NCBI GenBank assembly: GCA_052279835.1
Contig: CP181291.1
Coordinates: 1,056,001-1,120,000, forward strand
Direction of reading: 5' to 3'
DNA from: Microcoleus sp.
GTDB taxonomy: Bacteria > Cyanobacteriota > Cyanobacteriia > Cyanobacteriales > Microcoleaceae
DNA length: 64,000 bases
Shown: positions 58,578 to 64,000 of the stretch, piece after piece
Position numbering within the stretch: the first letter of the stretch is position 1
Layout: each line of letters starts with the position of its first letter
Made by a program: the position numbers and the translations under genes
The notes under the pieces: model-generated
What the model saw: only the letters and a program-made list of their open reading frames with translations
The model's database searches: none
Told to the model about the DNA's origin: nothing

Positions 58578-61500
58578 TTAGACGAAGCGCAAAGAAGAGC
58601 TGTCTAGGCTAAAGGAAGAAACTGGTTGGACGATCGCAATCAATTCATCCGAGCTCCCAGTCTTCTTGAAAATAGCGTTTCCAACAGGCAATCCGGCGGG
58701 AGAAGCACCTAACACATAAGTGGTAGGAGCGCCTTGAAGCTGGATGATATCTTGAGTCGGGTTGAAGCCGACAATCAAAGCATAATCGCTGCTGCCAGTA
58801 GCGCTATCGATGCCATCGTTGTAGTAGAACTTGGTGGCATCTCCCAGGAAGAAAGTATCATTGCCTTCTGCGCCAATCAGGGTATCGATTTCGCCCAGCC
58901 CAGGATTAGCAGCAGTGCTGTCAACACCAGTCAGAAAGTCATTACCTTCTTGGCTATAGAGGAAATCGTTACCAGTACCGCCCAGCAAAACATCATTATC
59001 TTTACCGCCGTACAGGGAGTCATTACCAGCGTCACCGGCTAAGGTATTGTTGCCTAGATCGCCACTGAGGACATCATTGCCTGTACCACCAAACAAAACA
59101 TCGTCACCCTTTCCTCCTAACTCGGTATCGTTACCATCGCTTCCAATCAAGGTGTCATTCCCTTGGTTGCCATTGAGGAGATCGTTACCGTCGTTGCCAA
59201 AGAGGGCATCGTCACCTTTGCCTCCGAAGATGATGTTGTTGTCGCTATTGCCATAGAGGCTATCGTTTCCTTTGTTGCCGTACAAAGGATTGTTAGCATC
59301 GTTGGCGACGATGACGTCATTGCCGCTGCTGCCGATCGCCTGTGGCGCTGAGCCTGTCGGTGCGGGTGAGTTTGTCATTGTGGGTGCGATCGGCGCTTTG
59401 AATGTCAGATCGGCTGCGGGAGTGAAAATGGGTGTGGGTGTGGGTGTGGGTGTGGGTGTGGGTGTGGGTGTTGGTGTCGGTGTGGGTGTTGTCACCGTGG
59501 GTATTGTCACCGGTTTGGGTGTCGGCGCGATGGGTGTCGGCGTCGTGGGTGTCGGCGTCGTGGGTGTCGGCGCGGTGGGTGTTGGCGCGGTGGGTGTTGG
59601 CGCGGTGGGTGTCGGCGTCGTGGGTGTCTCTGGTAAATTAGCAGCCAGAATTGCTGCACCAGTGAGGTTGGCTACAGTTTCGATGAAGCCAGCACCAGCC
59701 AGACTCGGCGATGCACCGAAGAAGTCGGAAATTACGATGTCATCCGTAGCCCTTACTACACCGTCTTTGTTGATGTCAATCAGTAGATTAGTGCCTTGTC
59801 GAGTCAAACCGATATTACCCGAAGACAAAGCCAACAACGCAGGGCTGGTACTGATATTATTCTGGAAATCAACAAAATCTAGGCGATCGATGCCACCTGT
59901 ATCCTGAATTTGCAGTTGAATCGCGTCAGGCGCGATGAGATAGCGATCGTTACCTGCACCACCTCGCAATACATTGCCACTGCCAAATCCGGCATAAAGC
60001 GTATCATCGCCAGCACCCCCTTCTAAGGTGCTATTACCGTTACCACGGAGATAGTCATTGCCATCTCCGCCTAAGACGAGGCTCTTGAAGCCACCGAAGA
60101 GCCTGTCATTACCCGCACCGCCATCCAAATTTAAGTTGCCCAACAAGGTGTCATCTCCATCGCCACCTGTCAGACTACTACCTCCATCCAGAAAGTCGTT
60201 GCCGATACCCCCATCCAGGGTGTTATCGCCGTTGTCACCCTGGAGGCTGTCATTGCCCCCACCCCCGCTGAGGCTGTCGTTTCCTGCACCGCCTAGCAAG
60301 GTGTCGTTGCCATCTAAGCCACTGATGGTGTCATTGCCATCTAAGCCTGCGATGTTGTCATTGCCGACAGTGCCTGTGAGGTTATCGTTACCGGAAGTGC
60401 CACTGGTTGCACTGCTTCCAGGTGCCGCCGTAGCTTCAGTCAGATTAGCAGCCAAAATTGCTGCACCAGTGAGGTTGGCTACAGTTTCGATGAAGCCAGC
60501 ACCAGCCAGACTCGGCGATGCACCGAAGAAGTCGGAAATTACGATGTCATCGGTAGCCCGTGCGATACCGTCTTTGTTGATGTCAATCAGTAAATTAGTG
60601 CCTTGTCGAGTCAAACCGATATTACCCGATGACAAAGCCAACAGCGCAGGGCTGGTACTGATATTATTCTGGAAATCAACAAAATCTAGGCGATCGATGC
60701 CACCTGTATCCTGAATTTGCAATTGATTCTGCGAAAACTCCCGTATTTGATAGCGATCGTTACCTGCACCACCTCGCAATACATTGCCACTATTAAATCC
60801 GGCATTGAGTGTATCATCGCCAGCACCCCCTTCTAAGGTGCTATTACCGCTACCACTGAGATAGTCATTGCCATCTACGCCTAAGACGAGGCTCTTGAAG
60901 TCACCGAAGAGGCTGTCATTGCCCGCACCGCCATCCAAATTTAAGCCACTTTGCAGCGTGTCATCTCCATCGCCACCAGCGAGACTATCATTGCCGCCAC
61001 CTCCATCCAGAAAGTCGTTGCCGATACCCCCATCCAGGGTGTCATCGCCGTTGTCACCCTGGAGGCTGTCATTGCCCCCACCCCCACTGAGGCTGTTGTT
61101 TCCTGCACCGCCTACCAAGGTGTCGTTGCCATCTAAGCCAACGAGGGTATCATTGCCCTCAAGCCCTGAAATGTTGTCATTACCGGCAGTGCCTGTGAGG
61201 TTATCGTTACCGGAAGTGCCACTGGTTGCACTGCTTCCAGGTGCCGCCGTAGCTTCAGTCAGATTAGCAGCCAAAATTGCTGCACCAGTGAGGTTGGCTA
61301 CATTTTCGATGAAGCCAGCACCTTCGACAGTCGCCGATGCACCGAAGAAGTCGGAAATTACGATGTCATCTGTCGCCCTTACTACACCGTCCTTGTTGAT
61401 GTCAATCAGTAAATTAGTGCCTTGTCGAGTCAAACCGATATTACCCGAAGACAAAGCCAACAACGCAGGGCTGGTACTGATATTATTCTGGAAATCAACA

Positions 61501-62042
61501 AAATCTAGGCGATCGATGCCACCTGTATCCTGAATTTGCAGTTGAATCGCGTCACGCCCGATGAGATAGCGATCGTTACCTGCACCACCTCGCAATATAT
61601 TGCCACTGCCAAATCCGGCATTGAGTCTATCATCGCCAGCACCCCCTTCTAAGGTGCTATTACCGCTACCACGGAGATAGTCATTGCCATCTCCGCCTAA
61701 GACGAGGCTCTTGAAGCCACCAAGGAGGCTGTCATTGCCCGCACCGCCATCCAAATTTAAGTTGCCCAACAAGGTGTCATCTCCATCGCCACCTGTCAGA
61801 CTAATACCTCCATCCAGAATGTCGTTGCCGATACCCCCATCCAGGGTGTCATTGTCGTCACCAGCGACAAGGCTGTCATTGCCCCCACCCCCGCTGAGGC
61901 TGTCGTTTCCTGCACCGCCTAGCAAGGTGTCGTTGCCATCTAAGCCAACGAGGGTATCATTGCCATCTAAGCCTGCGATGTTGTCATCGACGGATGTGCC
62001 GATGAGATTGTCGTTTGTGAATGTACCAGTAAATACTGCCAA
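58578..62042 (-). CDS. RTX/hemolysin-type calcium-binding protein with three tandem modules and a Pro/Thr linker
   Basis: Many GGxGxDxL nonapeptides, three near-identical modules of about 270 aa, (TP)n linker; TTG start. Confidence 0.9.
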   Translation of the reverse strand: MAVFTGTFTNDNLIGTSVDDNIAGLDGNDTLVGLDGNDTLLGGAGNDSLSGGGGNDSLVAGDDNDTLDGGIGNDILDGGISLTGGDGDDTLLGNLNLDGGAGNDSLLGGFKSLVLGGDGNDYLRGSGNSTLEGGAGDDRLNAGFGSGNILRGGAGNDRYLIGRDAIQLQIQDTGGIDRLDFVDFQNNISTSPALLALSSGNIGLTRQGTNLLIDINKDGVVRATDDIVISDFFGASATVEGAGFIENVANLTGAAILAANLTEATAAPGSSATSGTSGNDNLTGTAGNDNISGLEGNDTLVGLDGNDTLVGGAGNNSLSGGGGNDSLQGDNGDDTLDGGIGNDFLDGGGGNDSLAGGDGDDTLQSGLNLDGGAGNDSLFGDFKSLVLGVDGNDYLSGSGNSTLEGGAGDDTLNAGFNSGNVLRGGAGNDRYQIREFSQNQLQIQDTGGIDRLDFVDFQNNISTSPALLALSSGNIGLTRQGTNLLIDINKDGIARATDDIVISDFFGASPSLAGAGFIETVANLTGAAILAANLTEATAAPGSSATSGTSGNDNLTGTVGNDNIAGLDGNDTISGLDGNDTLLGGAGNDSLSGGGGNDSLQGDNGDNTLDGGIGNDFLDGGSSLTGGDGDDTLLGNLNLDGGAGNDRLFGGFKSLVLGGDGNDYLRGNGNSTLEGGAGDDTLYAGFGSGNVLRGGAGNDRYLIAPDAIQLQIQDTGGIDRLDFVDFQNNISTSPALLALSSGNIGLTRQGTNLLIDINKDGVVRATDDIVISDFFGASPSLAGAGFIETVANLTGAAILAANLPETPTTPTPTAPTPTAPTPTAPTPTTPTPTTPTPIAPTPKPVTIPTVTTPTPTPTPTPTPTPTPTPTPIFTPAADLTFKAPIAPTMTNSPAPTGSAPQAIGSSGNDVIVANDANNPLYGNKGNDSLYGNSDNNIIFGGKGDDALFGNDGNDLLNGNQGNDTLIGSDGNDTELGGKGDDVLFGGTGNDVLSGDLGNNTLAGDAGNDSLYGGKDNDVLLGGTGNDFLYSQEGNDFLTGVDSTAANPGLGEIDTLIGAEGNDTFFLGDATKFYYNDGIDSATGSSDYALIVGFNPTQDIIQLQGAPTTYVLGASPAGLPVGNAIFKKTGSSDELIAIVQPVSSFSLDSSSLRFV

Positions 62043-62475
62043 TGTTTTTTTCCTGCCTAGAGTAAACCGGCGGGTGCTATTTTTGAGTTCGGCACCTAGC
62101 CTTAATTGTTTATCTGGGCACTCTCCCCAAAATTATGTAGTTTTTCCAAAAAAACTTTTTTTTTGGCAATTCTTTTTTTTTCCCAGACTCACAACTCACG
62201 ACAGAGAGGCGATTAAGGCAGTAGGGGCTCTCGCATTCGGGCGGAAAATTCTTGAGTAAAACCGATAAATTATCTGCCCGAATGCGAGAGCCCTTACTCC
62301 AAAGTTATGCCTTAACCACCTTGGCGGTTGCTATAAGACTGCTGGCGGTGCATCTCAATGAAGTGTCAAGAATCCTCGGCGTTCTGTGGCCGGGATTATA
62401 CAGCGGTTCCTGCTGCAAGAGCGACAAACTTAATGAATCCTTAATATTTAATAAATTGGTTTGTTAATTGCTCCT

Positions 62476-62781
62476 GGGAGCATCCCGATTTGGGAAACAC
62501 GCCTAGAGGGCGAAGCATTCGCGTTGAAAATCTCTGATATATCTATAGAACCCATTTGAGATATTTTAAATCACCCCCGCCCTTGGAGGATGAAGCATTT
62601 GGACATCAAACATCGGGTTTTTCTGAGCGATTGTCGCCCAAATGCTTCATCCCTACACCACCAAAGTTAATCTTTGTTTGATGAGGCTGATGATTAAAAG
62701 ACTTGCAGCCTAAAAGATGTCAAATGGGTTCTATAGGATATGGGCGCGAATGCGAATCCCCTACAAAAATGCGATGCACCC
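62476..62781. mobile_element. Nested REP > MITE > REP composite
   Basis: Outer REP arms interrupted by an element with 19/20-bp TIRs (62543-62562 and 62717-62736) that contains another GGATGAAGCATTTGG...CCAAATGCTTCATCC hairpin. Confidence 0.7.
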
Positions 62782-62915
62782 CGCTTTTGTACCTCATAAC
62801 AGCAGGAACCGCTTTATCAACCATGCGCTAGCTGTGTCCCGAATTGCTGGGAATACCCGGATTCAAAGCTTCCTCTCACCAATAACTGATAACAAATAAC
62901 CAATAACAACTAACT

Positions 62916-64000
62916 TTAGTTTTTGCCGATGACGGACAATCCTTCGACAATTACAGAGGGTGTATGGCAAGAACCGTTCCACTCGGAGTCCCCTCCTAAT
63001 TCTACTAATTGTTTGAGGACTGTATAGACGTTGCCGGCAACCATTGTGTCTTTGACTCTGCCAATTATTTGACCTTTTTTGACGCGGTAGCCGAGATCGA
63101 TATTAATCGAAAAGTCGCCGGAAATGCCCGCACTACCCCCCAGCATTTGATCGACTACAATTCCGTCGTCTAATTGGGCGATTAAATCAGCGAGTGATCG
63201 CTCTCCTGGTTTAATTAAAACATTGAACAAACTCGGTGTGGGATAACTGCCCAAACCAGGGCGAAATCCGTTGCCGGTGGTGCCACTGCCTAATGTTCGA
63301 CCGGTGGTGCGATCGGTATAAAATAACTGCAATACTCCATTGTGTAGGAATACGATCGATCTAGTGGGAGTGCCTTCGTCATCAAAGGGACAGCTATAGG
63401 GCCCCGTATCCGGCTGTTGGGAGAGTGTGACTAGGGGGGATGTGACTTGTTGGCCCAATCGATCGCTCCAAGGCGAAGCCCCTTCGAGTACCTGTTTGCC
63501 GTTGAGGGCTGCACAGACTGTGCCCCAAAGTAAATCGGCGGCTTTGGCGGTGAACAAAACTGGTACGCGCCCTGTGACTGGTGCCACATTGTCTTTGGCC
63601 CATTCCAATCGTTGCAACACTCGCTGGGTGATGGTGTGGATGTCGATGGTGCTGCGTTCGGTTTCGCCCTCCCAAATATTCAGGAAGTCTTCTCCCCGTA
63701 CTAATTCTGCTGACAAGTAACCGCTGAGGGTGGTGTCGGTGTGGCTGCAATCCAAGCCTCTAGTGTTCACCAAGCGGGTGCTTTCTATTTCGCAGTCAAA
63801 TTCGGCGGTGCAGATGCTTTCTGGGTAGGCTTGGCGAATGGTGGCGATCGCACTTTTGCCCCATTCTACTAGCTGTTGTGCTGCGATCGACTGTCCGAGG
63901 TCGGGATAGACAATTTTGTTACCGCTACCGAGTTCGATGATTTCCGGTTCGTTGAGTTGCGAGAGGGCGATGGCGCGATCGACCAAAATCTGCGGTTCCA
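62916..64000 (-). CDS. TldD/PmbA-family protein, 5' end outside the window
   Basis: PFDDEG, TTGNG.R, SGDFS, VKDTMVAGNVY. Confidence 0.88.
   Translation of the reverse strand, partial: EPQILVDRAIALSQLNEPEIIELGSGNKIVYPDLGQSIAAQQLVEWGKSAIATIRQAYPESICTAEFDCEIESTRLVNTRGLDCSHTDTTLSGYLSAELVRGEDFLNIWEGETERSTIDIHTITQRVLQRLEWAKDNVAPVTGRVPVLFTAKAADLLWGTVCAALNGKQVLEGASPWSDRLGQQVTSPLVTLSQQPDTGPYSCPFDDEGTPTRSIVFLHNGVLQLFYTDRTTGRTLGSGTTGNGFRPGLGSYPTPSLFNVLIKPGERSLADLIAQLDDGIVVDQMLGGSAGISGDFSINIDLGYRVKKGQIIGRVKDTMVAGNVYTVLKQLVELGGDSEWNGSCHTPSVIVEGLSVIGKN

Noticed and set aside
59047..62259. Plus-strand Ser/Pro/Leu-rich and (VG)n/(VW)n ORFs
   Set aside because: Antisense translations of the RTX repeats and the TP linker.
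1..64000. tRNA, rRNA, prophage, integrase or tnpA genes
   Set aside because: None recognised in the window; both nuclease elements would need transposases supplied in trans.

Overview
This is a chromosomal window from a filamentous cyanobacterium, probably Oscillatoriales (Microcoleus-like). The assignment is inferred from psaFJ, ycf54, gifA, very frequent HIP1 GCGATCGC octamers and heptamer tandem repeats. Housekeeping genes are crcB, aspS, dnaG, tsaD, psaFJ, ilvN, argJ, gifA, ycf54, ribF and a partial tldD/pmbA. Three accessory blocks sit among them. (1) A conflict/defence island at about 5.5-15.6 kb holds a nonsense-interrupted small ORF plus an immunity-like gene, a RelE-type TA pair, a NACHT-HEAT protein and a Tse2-like toxin with its partner. 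It also holds two near-identical 77-aa genes, each set divergently to a different small DNA-binding regulator, and its modules are separated by palindromic repeats. (2) A minus-strand membrane/stress/MgtA cluster at 17.4-24.4 kb carries a duplicated promoter with a CopR-like direct repeat. (3) An RNA-guided nuclease (OMEGA) hotspot at 47.5-58.4 kb has an intact TnpB element, a stand-alone omegaRNA-sized remnant of the same family with a different guide, and an intact IscB whose element has terminal inverted repeats rather than IS200/IS605 hairpin ends. Also notable are an unannotated 37-aa IF7 paralogue directly behind gifA and many nested REP/MITE-like elements. All family assignments are by eye from motifs; no database search was run.
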